Assembly (NCBI RefSeq): GCF_006345805.1
Contig: NC_042999.1
Coordinates: 120,528,001 to 120,592,000 of the forward strand
DNA from: Octopus sinensis
Lineage: Eukaryota
Length of the DNA: 64,000 nt
Reading direction: 5' to 3'
This document shows, in pieces, positions 1-14,354 of this stretch; position 1 is the first letter of the stretch; each line of letters opens with the position of its first letter. The notes below the pieces were generated by a model that ran no database searches, was not told the DNA's origin, and worked only from the letters and a program-made list of their open reading frames with translations. The position numbers and the translations under genes were made by a program.

Positions 1-1640
1 CTTTTATACGTTTCAGCCCAAAACTGTGACCATGCTAGAATATCGTCAGTGTAATCATCTTTCTGTTGGTTATCCTCATGTGAATGGCTTTAGGTGAAGG
101 AGGGATTTCGACACTGCTGCCTGCTTTTGAGTTTGTTGGCGTGATATAGGTTCATTTGGGACCTTGGACGGCAGGAGGTCCAGTTGTTTCTTGAAAACAT
201 CTACCCCTACTCCTCAAAGATCCTTCAACTGTTTTGGCAAGACATTAAATAGTCGTGTGATCTTGAATTCCATGCAGTACATTTTCTTCACTCTAGACGG
301 TTATAGATGTAACCTTTGGAACTGGGGGCGAGTATAGCTCTCGATGCCAAAGTTTGATGCCAACCCCTCCAAGATCTTCCATACGTATATCACTGCATAC
401 TTCTCCCGTCATCGCTCCAGGGAGTAGAATTATAGTTCTTTTAGACTATCCCAGTAGCTCAACTATTCCATTGATACAAGCATTTTCGTATAACACCGCC
501 GAACTGCTCCAAGTTACGTTATTGATTTGAGATTATTTGGTGACCACAGTCGAAAGCAGTATTCAGGCGGCTGAGTACAAATGTTCTCCATATAACCAGT
601 ATAGGTTCCTGGTCTCTTGTTCTGAAGGCTTTCAGGATCCATCCGGCCATTCGCTTGCACCTTGTCACCATCTTGGTGAAACGTACATGAACCGAGGCTG
701 TATTGCTGCTGTTAATCCCCAGATCATGCACTGTACTTAACTCTGGGATTGCCGGTTCTTTTCGTCCAAAGTAACGTTGTTGCTAGAGCACTAGTAGGCT
801 GGTAGCGGAGGGATTGTTATTTTCTTCAGCCTATTTTTACATGGCATCTATGTCTTTCTGTAGATTAGCATCAGAAGGTTCCTTGACCGATTGTACTACT
901 TTTGTGTTGTTGGCATAGCTAGTAAGTGTAGCTGTCTGTAAAACTGATGGCCTCTCTGAAAGAGTCACCATAAACAGCAGTGGTCCAAGGATAGTTCCCC
1001 GACATATGCCACTCTCTAGTACTGTCTCTATGGAGAGGGTTCAGCTGGCCGCCACAAGATAGCTTCTATCTTTTATAAAGTCATGTAACCACTTCCCCAG
1101 TTTTCCGACTGTGCCGATTTTCCGTGCCTTGTGACATATCGTCCAATGATCATCCTTATTGAAAGGCCTTTGCAAAATCAAGATATATCACATTCACGTT
1201 TGAACAATTCATTAGTCGTTCCAACACCCTGCCATAATGCTGCAAAAGTCGTGTAAGACCGCTTGTGTACGAAGCCATGCTTGGTAACAGGGAGAGAGTC
1301 ATTATCTTCCAGGAACACGATCAGTTTCCTCTTCACAATGCGTTCCATGACTTTGCTGACATGGGAAGTTAAAAATACAGGTCTGCTACTCGCTTATGGA
1401 CAGGTCATATTATGATGTCCTTTAACATTCTGGGAGATCTAATTGTCAGGAAGCCCTAGAAGACGATCTGTAAGGGTCGTGCTAGAGCCCCTTTGCATTT
1501 CGTTAGGAGGATTGCTGGGAATATATCAGGGCATGTGGCTGAGATTGAGACCATTTCGTTAATTGCTGATATTACATCACTTTCCACTATTTCGGTGTGA
1601 TCAATAATTTCCATCTTTCTGCTTAGAGCTATAATGCTTA
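1..1640 (-). mobile_element. Decayed 5'-truncated CR1-group (CR1/L2/Crack/Daphne-like) LINE: RT, C-terminus and 3' tail
   Basis: Minus-strand peptides CPDIFPAILLTKC, RPVFLTSHVSKVMERIVK, GTILGPLLF, SYANN (degenerate YADD) and DLGI...KRMAGWILKAFRTRD; many stops and frameshifts; the 3' end resembles 28095-28555. Confidence 0.85.
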
Positions 1641-2189
1641 AGAACTCATCAGACATGTGCAACAGTTGCAGCGGAGTTGTGGAAATATTCCTGTATATGT
1701 GTGTGCGCGCGCGCACACGTGTGTATGTGTGTGAATGTGTGTGCGTGGGTGTATGTATGTGTGCTTGTTTGTTTGTGTACATATATATACACACATACAG
1801 TCATACATCTTTATATGTGCATACATACATGATATTTATATATAATAGATAATGAATACATGCAGACAAATAATTTGGTATATTCTACTTCGTTATTTTT
1901 ATCTAACTTACAAGAGTCTATATTTTTTATGTGAATTCGTGTGTTGAAACATATTTTGATGTATCTAGGCAGAGTCATTATGCTAATATTATTAACGCAT
2001 GCACTGAACCAGTGCGTGGGTTAATAATAGTGGCATAATGAAACACCCTAGACACGATAATTTGGCATATATAAAGATATATATATATATATGTGTGTGT
2101 GTGTATGCGTGTGTCTATGTATGTGCATGTGTGTGCGTATATATATATATATATACATATGTGTGTGTGTGTGGGTGGGTGGGTGTGGG

Positions 2190-2402
2190 TGTTTGTGTGT
2201 CTTTGATTGTCCCCACAACATCGCTTGACAACCGATGATGTGTTTACGTCCCCGTAACTTAGCGGTACGGCAAAAAGGACGGATAGAATAAGTACTAGGC
2301 TTGCAAAGAATAAGTCCTGAGGTCGATTTGCTCGACTAAAGGCGGTGCTGCAGCATGGCTGCAGTCAATTGACTGAAACAAGTAAAAGAGAGTAAAAGAG
2401 AG
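2190..2402 (+). mobile_element. OR1-like SINE, 3' half
   Basis: tttacgtccccgtaacttagcgg...ggcggtgctgcagcatggctgcagtcaattgactgaaac plus (gagtaaaa)n tail; homologous to 53624-53980. Confidence 0.75.
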
Positions 2403-2422
2403 TCTGAACATCAACAACAACA

Positions 2423-2425
2423 ATG

Positions 2426-2463
<38 letters not shown>

Positions 2464-2474
2464 TAATAATAATA
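2423..2474 (+). repeat. (AAT)n microsatellite, 5' flank of the Dong-like insertion
   Basis: Direct reading. Confidence 0.95.
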
Positions 2475-4518
2475 AGATCAACTGTAAAGATCAACTAATG
2501 ATTAATAAAGCCATAACTGAAGACAGCCACAGAAAGAAGAAAGGCCTCAGTATGGCCTGGATTGACTACAAAAAGGCGTTTGATAGCATCCCCCACACAT
2601 GGATCCTCGAAACACTAGCCATTAACAAAGTAGCACCAACAATCATAAAATTCATAGAGCACTCTATGAATAAATGGCAAACAGTCCTACACCTCCAAAC
2701 AAAAGAGGGACTCATGAAAACCAAAGACATCCCCATTAGAAGAGGAATATTCCAGGGAGACACGCTCTCTCCACTCCTTTTCTGCTTGGCACTGTCACCT
2801 CTATCTGATATGCTAAATAGAACTGGATGCGGATACAAATGTTACGGCAAAACGATCAGCCACCTTTTATATATGGATGACCTAAAACTATACGCTGCAA
2901 ATGACAAACAGCTGGAAACACTATTAAAGACAGTTCATGGATTTACCAAAGAAATAGATATGAAATTTGGATTAGAAAAATGCGCCAAAGTAACCATGAA
3001 AAGAGGAAAACTAGTTAAGAGTAACAACATCACACTAGATAAAACCAATGAAATAAAGGAATTAGACCAAATCCAAACTTAAAAGTTCTTAGGAATCCAT
3101 GAACTAGATAAGACACAACACACACAAATGAAAGAGAAAATAAAAAAAAGAATATTATAGACGAGTTAGATCAATACTAAACACAGAGCTCAATGCTAAA
3201 AACAAGATAATAGGTATCAACACTTTAGCTGTCTCAGTTATAAGTTACAGCTACAATATCCTTAACTGGACACGAAATGAACTGACCAAAATAGATAGGA
3301 AAACAAGAAAAATAATGACAGGATCTAGGATGCATCACCCAAAATCTGACATAGAAAGACTATATATACAACGTATAGAAGGTGGTAGAGGCCTTATACA
3401 GCTGGAAAACTACTATAAAATAACCACCATAGGACTGCAAAATTATCTACTTCAGAAGGAAGGAAAACTGATCCAGATAGCGGCAAAACACGAGCAAAAC
3501 AAAAAACTGTTCTCAGTATTTAAGGAAGCTGACAAATACAAACAAGAAATCATACCACCTAATAAACATGAAGAAGAAGAAGATGAAGAAACAACAAATG
3601 CTATAAAACAAATGAAATCCAAACTAAAAATAGAACAGCAACGAACCATGATAAAACGATGGCAAGAAAAGCCCCTTCATGGTAAATACTGGACTAAACT
3701 AAACGCAAAAGAAATAGACAAAAAAATCCCAGCAATGGTTGAGAAGCTCAGGACTCAAAGCAGAAACAGAGGGATTTTTAATTGCAGCACAAGACCAAAG
3801 CCTCCCCACCAGAAATTACCAAAAACATGTAATGAAAAGAAATATTACAAGTAACTGCAGAATATGTGGAGATGGACAAGAAACAATAAATCATATTATC
3901 TCTAGCTGCCCAGTCCTGGCTAAGAAGGAATATATTCACAGACATGACAGAGTTGGAACCTACATACATTGAAAGCTATGCCAACATTATGGAATAACAA
4001 CAGAAAAAAGATGGTATAGGCACACACCAGAAAAGGTCACAGAAAACGAGAAAGCAACCATACTCTGGGATATGCCGATACACACAGATAGAGAAATTAA
4101 GGCCAACAGACCAGATATAGTTGTCAGAGACCATGAAAAAAAAAATGCTTTCTAATTGATGTATCAATACCGGCTGATGACAACGTGTCTCTAAAAGAAA
4201 TGGAGAAACTCTCAAAATACAAAGACCTGGAAATAGAGGTAACTAGAATGTGGAATCTGAAAACAGAAACAATTCCTATCATAGTAGGTGCATTAGGCAT
4301 GATAAAAAAATATTCAGACAAATACATAACAAAAACACCAGGACTTACAAACACATATAACATACAGAAAATTGCACTACTAGGCACTGCACACATCCTA
4401 CGCAGAACACTTTCCATACAATAACCATCAGAGCATCACAACAAACCACAGCACATACCCAAGGCACACAGAGCTGCGCTCGGTAGTGAAGTGAAAGCAC
4501 GCTATAAAAATAAAACTA

Positions 4519-4521
<3 letters not shown>
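2475..4521 (+). mobile_element. 5'-truncated R4/Dong-clade non-LTR retrotransposon (RT, CCHC knuckle, restriction-like endonuclease), lightly decayed
   Basis: WIDYKKAFDSIPH, RGIFQGDTLSPLLF, LLYMDDLKLY, CRICGDGQETINHIISSC, RPDIVV...IDVSIPADD, KE.EK.SKYKDL. Broken by stops at about 3080 and 3970 and by poly-A slips. Flanked by (AAT)n on both sides, as known for Dong. Confidence 0.92.
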
Positions 4522-4579
<58 letters not shown>

Positions 4580-4730
4580 TCGAAAAATACCTTAGAAACG
4601 AGAACCAAGTTTGATATTTCCTCAAGACACCTGATGAAGACTGGAGGGTATATCAGCCGAAACGTTGTGTTAACAACAAACAAAATGAGGACACATATCC
4701 GTTAAATATAGATAATGCAAATAGTGATCT
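4522..4730 (+). mobile_element. (AAT)n + HHR-bearing module (3' part of the tRNA-AAT-HHR family)
   Basis: Near-identical to 43733-43959 (+) and 17398-17635 (-). Confidence 0.85.
4625..4671 (+). ncRNA. Minimal type I hammerhead ribozyme (copy A)
   Basis: gacac-CTGATGA-a-gactgg/agggtata/tcagcc-GAAA-cgtT-gtgtt; stem I gacac:gtgtt; palindromic ACGT stem III; one stem II mismatch. Confidence 0.7.
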
Positions 4731-4764
4731 CATATCAAGATAAACAGCGCAGGTGGGGCCCAAA

Positions 4765-4980
4765 TAAATTGTTTTAGGTCGAGTAGCCCCTCCCGCTCAA
4801 AAGGTACCAGAATAAGCGTTGTTTAAGGATGATGAACAAAACACCCATGTTTCCAGAGGCGAATTACTGAAACCCCAAAGAATTGTTCATATGATGCTCC
4901 CCCACTACTTATACTTGTGATCAGAGAAGCACATATCGTCAGCCACTAAGGGGCATATTCAGCTGACAAACACATCTATG
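4765..4980 (-). mobile_element. SINE/LINE-derived 3' fragment
   Basis: GC-richer interspersed-repeat-like block (ccactaaggggcatattc; catgtttccagaggcgaatt); family not pinned down. Confidence 0.35.
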
Positions 4981-5147
4981 ATATTGAGCAGAATACTTGC
5001 TGTACGAAGACAAAACAATGTACTTGATAACACTTCAAATCATATATATGTATGTATGTATATGAGAATATGACTTGGTGTTTCATGATGCACCTACAAA
5101 AATCATATTCCCCTATACTTTTCCTTCGTGGGAATACACTTTTTTCC

Positions 5148-5193
<46 letters not shown>

Positions 5194-8100
5194 CAGGGGG
5201 GACTCACTCGTCGAACGGCAAATGAAGATTAAATATAATGAAGCGTTAATCTTGTTCTATGGACACGAATGTGTCCCCTGAGTCCTGCTGATGCCTTGTA
5301 AACCTTCTCGCAAATGGAATATGCTGAGGACTTAGCTTGCTCGAGTGCTTGTGTATCATTTATTATGTATTTTCTTGAGAGTGTAGTAGAAGAATATTAT
5401 ATTTGAACACTGGAATGTCTCGTGTCCATCATAACTGGATGTATAAAATCTGATGTAAAATTCCGCATTTCACTTTCTCGATGTAAAATTTTTTGTGCAT
5501 GATGTGTGATCTAATTTCAGACGATTCAGCATAGTCTATTAGGATTTGTACTGGGTTGGCTACTGAAGAATGTATTTGGACTTCACGTTTAATTTCAAGC
5601 TGTTACATTATGTAAGATCGCTGCTCCTACAATGCTCATTGTTGTCAAAGGTATCATGTCGAGAGTGCTGGCGAAGATATCACGTCCGGGTCATCAGTTA
5701 TAGCTATGAGGTTATGAAGTCTCTTTTGGTTTACTTCGGAAATGTTGCATACTACTATATAACAAGTGTTCCATGGTAACTCTTCGAAATAATACTAGAA
5801 ACGAACTTTAGAATAACAGCAAGACTTTATTCCTCTGCTAAATTATACAGTGGAACAAATATCACGTCACGAATTCTTTTGGTCGTACAGTTCGTCCATC
5901 GTTAGGATAATTCAACCCTGGCCATCATTTGTTACAAGTGCTTCGTTATGTCAGCAGGAAAATATGACGCGTGCCCTGAGAAAATTCTCTCACCTTTCTC
6001 TAGTCATAATCATTTTACAACGCTATTTATAAACAGAAAGGGGCTCACAGTGATACTATTAATTTATTATTTGAGGATGTATTACACGTAACGTGATTAG
6101 ATCCAAGATCCGTACCCCGCGCAATACTCGACCAATCAAAATATAAGACTCAACCGAGTCACATGATAGGTCAAAACGATCAATCATTAAAGATTAACAT
6201 GTGGAGCCCATTTCTGAATATAAGGGGCTAATCGAACATAAAAGGTCAGAAAAGAAATTACTCTCACTACAAGTGGACAGCAAGGCCTGATTTGCTTCGT
6301 GCCACGAAATTGCAATGCTAGGTAATGCTTCCATTTAGAGGAGATGCATTTTGCCAGCATCGCTTCATGCCTACACGAATTTGGTACCGAAGTAAGAGTT
6401 GACTTTGCTCAAATCTTTGAACTGAGGAAAACTAGGACTGGCGCGAGGTCTTCCGTTTTGATGCTTTGTTCTCCGTAAATCGTATTGTATGTATAAAATT
6501 ATACGTATTATATATAAATATATTAGTGTTTTCTTTTTCCACTGCACCCCTTTTCCACTTTTACCTTTTTCTTGTTTTCAATTTATCTTTTTATGACTAC
6601 AGTGTTAACTAAACATTATCCATATTTTACTAATATGATATTACTTATAAGCACGTTTTCTCAGTTCTTGCCATACTCGATATAACTAACTTGATACGAA
6701 TTGGTACACTTCCATTAGAAGATCGTATATTTAAGAGCAACCACTACTTTTAACGCCCCTTTGTTTCCCCATTCTCCAAATTATCTTCATACAGTATCTT
6801 ACGGTCTCTCAAAACAGTAGTTGTAGCTACCATTAACGCTTATATTGTTGATATCAACACCATCACCATCCAATATATTATATCTTTCCTGTTTAATCTA
6901 CACGACACACGTTTTTAACTTGTCTCAAATGCAAATTACTTTTTCATTTATTTACATGACAAGGATTTAGCAATTTAATTACATAAAGGATTAATATTTC
7001 TTGTTTACGTTTATGTTTCAATCGTCTTTATTATATCATCATATCCTCCAGGACTTCCTTTTCGTCTCTAGATTTATTATTCTTGCACTAAAAGGTGGTT
7101 GTGTTGTACCAGAATTGGTGGACCAGCGGCATATAAGAAAAAATTGCATTATTAGTCCCATCGTTTTACAATCTAAGTTCAAATCACAGTGCTGTCAATT
7201 TTACCGTTCATATTTTGATGTTAAAAATGGAAATATTCTACTACGGAAGCTAATGTTATTCACTAGCACCTTTCACCAAAATTACTAATTAAGGTAAATT
7301 ATAGTTAAATAGAACTAAACAAAACTTAAGGCATTTACTTTTTGAATTCATATCCCTCTCAGATCAACTTCATCTCTCATTCTATCTGGGTCAATAAAAT
7401 GAACTACCAATAAACCAATATAAATATAGTAGTGAAGTATTGGGGTCGATGGTATAAGCCAACAGGCCCACTTAATATTGCTGGCCATGTGCCTAAATTA
7501 GTTTTATTTATTACCAAAATATAAATGTGATTTATACATTTAAATTCAAAGCCAACTGAAACCTTTTTTGTTACTATTAAGTTTCTCCGTTCAATAGGGA
7601 GCAGAATATCATGTAACAAACCATGAAATATATATCAAATGCTGAAATATTTTATATCATGGGCATGAATCACTATGGTCTTAATCCATTAAATTCTTTC
7701 TTGTCTTAGTATACTCCTCAGTGGTAATCATAGCTGATTTAAAAAATGAACTTTATAAAATTAATCAATAAATATCTTTCACCTATCATTTCCTTAATTT
7801 AATAACAGGAATTAATCTTTAAACGTGTTAACCGTAAAAAAACCTTAAACCTTACAACTTAATCCCAAATTGGGTTATACCACTGATATATCGTCATCAA
7901 AATCAGTGGTGACGATGATATTGATGACAAGTAGCATTATTTCTATGTATTTTATTTAGGACTATTTACAATATATCATCCAGTACTCTCCATACAGCGA
8001 TGATATTCATGATGATGATTATGATGATGATAATGACACTTACGAGGACGATGGTGATGACAACGACGACGGCGACGATGATGGGGGAGGATGATGATGA

Positions 8101-8238
8101 TGATGAAAACTACGAACATACTAACTCTACTCACTAATTTGTTATATTATCCTTTTAATCATTCATCATTATCATTTAATCATTCATCAAATTTTAATTA
8201 CTTTACTTCTACTTAATATCTGTCCAAACAACGTTGAC

Positions 8239-8241
<3 letters not shown>

Positions 8242-8328
<87 letters not shown>
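8242..8328. repeat. Compound (CT)n(TA)n(TAA)n microsatellite
   Basis: Direct reading. Confidence 0.95.
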
Positions 8329-8330
<2 letters not shown>

Positions 8331-8944
8331 TGGGGAAGATCAATTCCAGTGTCAAAGGAATGAGACATTCAAATTTAAAATATTAAATTGAATTACTCCA
8401 ATAATTAATTCATATATATCAAAGTAGTGTTAGAGATAGAAACCCACAGAACTTCATCAACTCCAAATGATATTAACTGAACCAAGCCATAAAATATTAG
8501 ATATTATAGTTACTATTTATATTCATAATCCTAAATTTTTCCATATTACGGACTACACATATTTCGTGAGGGTACGTATGGTATTGTTAAGACACAAAGC
8601 CTCATTTAAAAACGCACTCCCAATCGTCACGTCTACTTTACCCACATTTATAAATATAACTACTTCATATATATCACTATGTTTGTCAAAATTAATTACA
8701 AGTATACAAGTGCATGAACCTTATAAATTTAAGATATAAAATTTTAAGAAGTAAAAACGGATATGAAATAGGACTAAAAAATACGAATGAAAAAAATATG
8801 ATATGGAAAATTTTCCCAAATATGGAATATTCTGGAATTATGAATATAAATAGTAAGTATAATATTTAATATTTTATGGCTTGGTTGAGTTAAAACCGTT
8901 TGGAGTTGATGAAGTTGTGGGGATTTCTATCTCAAACACTATTT

Positions 8945-9004
<60 letters not shown>

Positions 9005-9255
9005 TTTTCCTTACACACAATACTCTCTTTTTCAGTTCACAATCTCTATCACTCCCTCTCTGACTGTTTGGCTGTCTATCTCCCTCTCTACTCAGAAGTT
9101 TTTGTCTATAATGCTACGTTTCTGTTTTGTGCCCAACATTCCTTTCATACGAAATTATTCATGATATTATATAACTAACCGATCAATCATTTGACAGGCA
9201 CATCTTTCAATAGGCCAGAACTGTACATCTTCCAAATTTACAAACACGCGCGCGG

Positions 9256-9294
<39 letters not shown>

Positions 9295-9304
9295 TACATA
9301 CATG

Positions 9305-9336
<32 letters not shown>

Positions 9337-9443
9337 CATACATACATACATACATACGTCTTACTACCCTTAGGAATACTCTATTTATAATGTAACGCAT
9401 GTAGTTCTTTTTTTTATCCATCGTTTTAATGCAGCAATATGTA

Positions 9444-9612
9444 AAGGTTGCGAGCAGGCACAATCGTTAGCACGCTTGATAAAATGCTTAGCGGCGTTTC
9501 GTTCCTCTTTATGCTCTGACGTCGATAATATAAGTACCAAATGTGGACTGAGGTCGATATAATCGACTTACCCCTCCCCCGAAGTTGCTGGTTTGGGGCC
9601 AAAATTTGAACC
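9444..9612 (+). mobile_element. OR2-like CORE-SINE (internally deleted)
   Basis: gcgagcaggcacaatcgttagcacgc...aaatgcttagcgg...gtcgataatataagtacc...gaagttgctgg. Confidence 0.7.
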
Positions 9613-11549
9613 AGTATAACTATATGTATTTATATATGTAAACGCGCGCACACACATATACTTCCATATTCATATACACATATTTATAAACATATATATG
9701 TATATACATGAAATGAATATGTATGGCTATATTTATACATGTGTCCGTATGCGTTTAAATTATGTTTTAGTTTGTGCATGTGCTTTTGTATGTGCATATA
9801 TGTACATGTGTGAGTATGTGTAGTTATAAGAAACGAAATGCCAGTCCTAAAAGTAGTAATATCCCCCACATTCAAATATTAGCAGACTTTTTGAAAATAT
9901 AGCATTTCTTGTACTTTATTGTAATGTTCTTTTACAACGTTATCTGTTCTAAATGCAACCCTCTGGAGAATCCATCACATCTTGAATAATTAGCATACTG
10001 GATCTTATTATGTTTCACGCTATTGTTGTTGTCTGTGGAAATTATAACTATAGAGTTAACGATTTTAGTAGAGGCAAAAATATTCATAGCGTTCTTGCAT
10101 CGACTGGTTATATTATTGATATAAGATACGTGAATTGGCTCAATCCACATTCATATCAGAAGGTAAATAGGATTTACTAATATTTTTATAAGTAATCCTT
10201 CTGCTTTTATCCCTCGAAGCTAAGTAAAATTCAGCTAAAATTGATTTAATTTCATATTGTAAACTAATGTAATTTAAAATAATCTCATTTATAATATTCT
10301 ATGCCACATGAATATAAGTGATCATAACAAATTCACAAAAACAAAAACCAATGAAATCTACAGACAGATTCCATCTTAATTGTTAAAATACGTAATGATA
10401 CTCATGGGAAATATATTATGTTGCTCATTATTTTTTTATGTATTTCTACAAGTATCTTATTATCAAAATTATAAAAACAATAGATTAGTTTATTTCCAAC
10501 TCGTCAAAAACTCAAAAAACATTGTTGTTTCTAATACATGGTACTAAATTTAGCATGTCATTACTTCGCATGTATTCCTGATACATATTAAGGCGTTTCG
10601 TAATATTTATTGACGAATCTAAAAAAAGTTAATTTACATACCATTTCCTTTTCTTCTCATGATTATTGAAATTCACAGATCATATTCGTGAGAAACTTAA
10701 GTTTCTAATATTATAGGAGAAAATGAAACATTGTAACGAATTCTTTTCATTCTGTTACGCATCCTATTTCATCATGTTTCTTCCGTATACTATTTCATTT
10801 TTGAAAAACGAATGGAACAACTTATCTTCAGTCGTATTTGTAGTATTTTAGAAAGTGTGAGATCTTAGAAATATTTTATTTGTCTTCGTTTCTCCACCAT
10901 ACATATAAAACTCCGCTCACTATAAGCAACTTTAAGAAATCTACTGCATAGCTATGTAATATTACGGGTTCGTGATTTTCTTGCAGTTATGTGCTATGGA
11001 CTGATTTTTATTTTCATATTTTTGTCATGTTATTAATGTATTTACTAATACTATATTTATATGCTGTACATTCAATAGTTCACATTGTTGCACAATTTAA
11101 CTATTGTTAGTGAGTTGTTGTTCCTGTAAATACAATAATTTTATACAAATCCAGGAAACATATACAATATATTTCTTGGATTTCTACACAAATAATTTTA
11201 TGCGAGTCATTGCGTTGTACACAGTTTGTTTAATATTAAACATTAAATATCTGTTATTATTAGTGGAAAAGTTCAACATACACATCATAGGCTTAAATAT
11301 GCTCACCCACAGTTTCCTGCAATGTCAAGATGAGTCCTTTTGTTCAGACTATTTGCCCCTAAAATGTATATTTGTTTTTCTGATTTTACCAACATGAAAG
11401 AGCTGCTTATATGTATGTAAGGATGAGATAGAGAGAAAGAGAAAGAGAGAAATGCAGAGATTCTAACAACATTTGACGATCGTCATATTACTCATCTCCT
11501 AGCTTGTCTTTAATCTCCATTCGTAATTAAAGAATTTTTTATGATGATA

Positions 11550-13000
11550 CAAAATACGACAGTAAAATACCAATGTTTAAAATTTGATGATGATGGCATT
11601 ATGTAGCATCGTTATCAAAGACTTATGAACTCTTATATATCGAGGTATTCTTGAAATGATAAGACCAAGAAAACGAAACTTTCACTGTAATTTGGGCGAT
11701 CTGTTATAGCCAAGGTGAATAAGAGTTTTTATAATCGAAACCAGATAAATTTTCAATCCGACATAAAGAAATCGATAATGCATCTGCGGCTCCCAATTCT
11801 AATATCAAAAACCTAATTTTGACTACAGTTGAGAAAAATATACTCTTAGAAGATAAAGCTGCATACCAGCATAGGACTTTACGGTAATACTTTCACTGAA
11901 TTAAATGAATTGAAAAACTTATCATTAAACTACAAAGAAGCTATATTATTTATTACATTATTAATCTTTCAGAAAATACTTTTAGAGATTCACGTGAATA
12001 AATGGTTCTGCTGATTCTAAACCCCTGTGAGTAATGTTGCAATTCAATAAAGCTTTCCCCTGATTGTTGGACATTACAACGTTTTCTGTTATATATTAAA
12101 TGTAAGTATTAAAATCTATCCATATATGTTAGTCCTGCTGGATCTAGACTCAGGAGGCAGGATGATTCTAAAATTGCTACAAATCATTTTTGTAGCAATG
12201 TATGATCCCAAGGCCATTACGATGCAGTTAATCAAGTTATCCATTGTATGCTTCCATATTATCGTTGAGATAATGAATCTTGTTCAATCATCTGTAATAT
12301 CGTTCTCTCCTATGTATTGACTCTCAATGAAGCTCAATTTGCTGAGAAGTTTGCATGAATTTTTTGCTATGGATACTGCGCAAATAAAGTGGAAGTTTAT
12401 TATTATATAATATATAATCCAAATAGCTTATGAAATCGTCCAATGTCATCGCAGTATTAGGATATTTTAAATAATATAGACACCTGTGATAACATATTCA
12501 TATATTTATAATACAGTGATTTTAATGTATCCATTAGTGAGTTGCGGGTTAGATATTTTGAACTTTAACGCTTGAAGTAGAATGTTTCTAAGTTCAATCA
12601 AAACACAAAGTATATATATAAGTTTTTTTTAGAATCTTGAAAATGAAGAACATTCCAGGATACACTAACAGAAATATTATAGTTCAGACCTATAATATAT
12701 GCGGGAAAATCTAATATTACACTTCAGATGTAGAGAACACATAGGATTGCAAATATCTGACAAAAATCAAAAATCAATAAACAACACAATTATTGCAACC
12801 TGTGTGCAATTTCAGAGATACGACTTGGTGCCCTTTGAGTAGAAAATATGTGTGAAAAATAATATGCGAAGAAGACGTAAAAGACTCAGACTACACACTA
12901 TAGACAATGTGCCTATCGTGTTACTGAGAATAGATTTAAAACTATACATACAAATAACATACCCAGTTTTAAAATAAAAATATTGTTTATAAAACTCATG
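11550..13000 (+). pseudogene. Possible heavily decayed LRR/Toll-like receptor relic
   Basis: Fragments GNTFTELNELKNLSLNY (LRR-like), VLLILNPCE*CCNSIK (LRRCT NPxxCxC-like) and LFIKL (late TIR-like) lie in TLR order; no continuous frame. Confidence 0.25.
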
Positions 13001-13944
13001 GGAGAGAAGGCAACCATAAAATAAATTGAATATTGTTGCAAAACATACACATACAATGGTCATAGCAGCTACTGTCTGTTATGTACAAACAGAAATCACA
13101 AGATCCTGATACTGTGAAGTAAGACACTAAACATAAAAAAATATTGTTTGTTTTGTGCTTTTTGTTTTCGTTTTTTTTTCTGCCTCCATGTAAAGAAATA
13201 AAAACGTGAATATGTCAAGCAAATCGCTATGATATATTTCAGATTGCAGACCAGTTAAACCTATACTCGACATATGAAATACGAGATATTCGGCATGAAA
13301 ACATTTTAGCTAAATAACTTTTCCTATACAAAGGTTTTTTTTTTTTATCTGGGATATTTTAGAAGCCTTCATTTATAAATAACCGGATTTTTATGTCACT
13401 AATCTCATTTATTTTTAACCAACAAAATAACGACGTCTTGGTGCTATGTGTTTTTAGGATATTTTATTCAATATTCTACTTCTGCCTGATAGATTGGGCA
13501 ATCACATATATTCCAGTAGTGACTGCAGTGGACGGCTAATAATATATAATTATTATATTGTATTAATCCATGCCATTCCTTGAAACTTTTAATATTTGCA
13601 TCCTCATGATGCCATGTCCGGAATAAATACTCAGCTTGAGACGTTATCTGTCAGTCAGTCAAAGAATGCATGGTAAAATAACGTACAAGATATAATTCGT
13701 TAGAAATTGAAATAATTAAGTCAGACATGTTATAAGATAAATATTCTACGTTATGGTATGAGTATTACCGAGTATTACACAAATACACATAAACAAATAA
13801 GTAATATGCGTATATGTTAAGTTAAATACTCAGTATAACTTACGAGATAACGAAGAGGATTTTACGTTAAATTACATGCATGAATTACGCGCATCGACAT
13901 CCTACAAACACATACAAGCATATATGTATGGATGCGTGTGTTTT

Positions 13945-13956
13945 GGGATATATATA

Positions 13957-14032
<76 letters not shown>

Positions 14033-14070
14033 CATATATACATACATACACACATACATACACACACACG
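13945..14070. repeat. (TA)n/(TACA)n microsatellite
   Basis: Direct reading; source of several spurious IY/YI ORFs. Confidence 0.95.
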
Positions 14071-14254
14071 GACACAGACACATATCGCTAGCCACTACAC
14101 ATTCTTTATTTTTTCTCCTTGTTTTTTTCTGTGTTCTTTCCTGTGAAAGAGCGTAGGCTCGAAACGTTAAAGATGCTTTCACTTCCGAGCGTTATACTAA
14201 TACATCTGTTTGTTGTCTACACCTCCTGTCTTCGACGTTTTTGTGAATTCTCCC

Positions 14255-14354
<100 letters not shown>

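Noticed and set aside
4170-4185. ctgatga inside the Dong ORF
   Set aside because: It encodes P-A-D-D in the endonuclease and has no HHR stems.
7985-8110. Asp-rich coding-like run
   Set aside because: It is a degenerate (GAT)n microsatellite.
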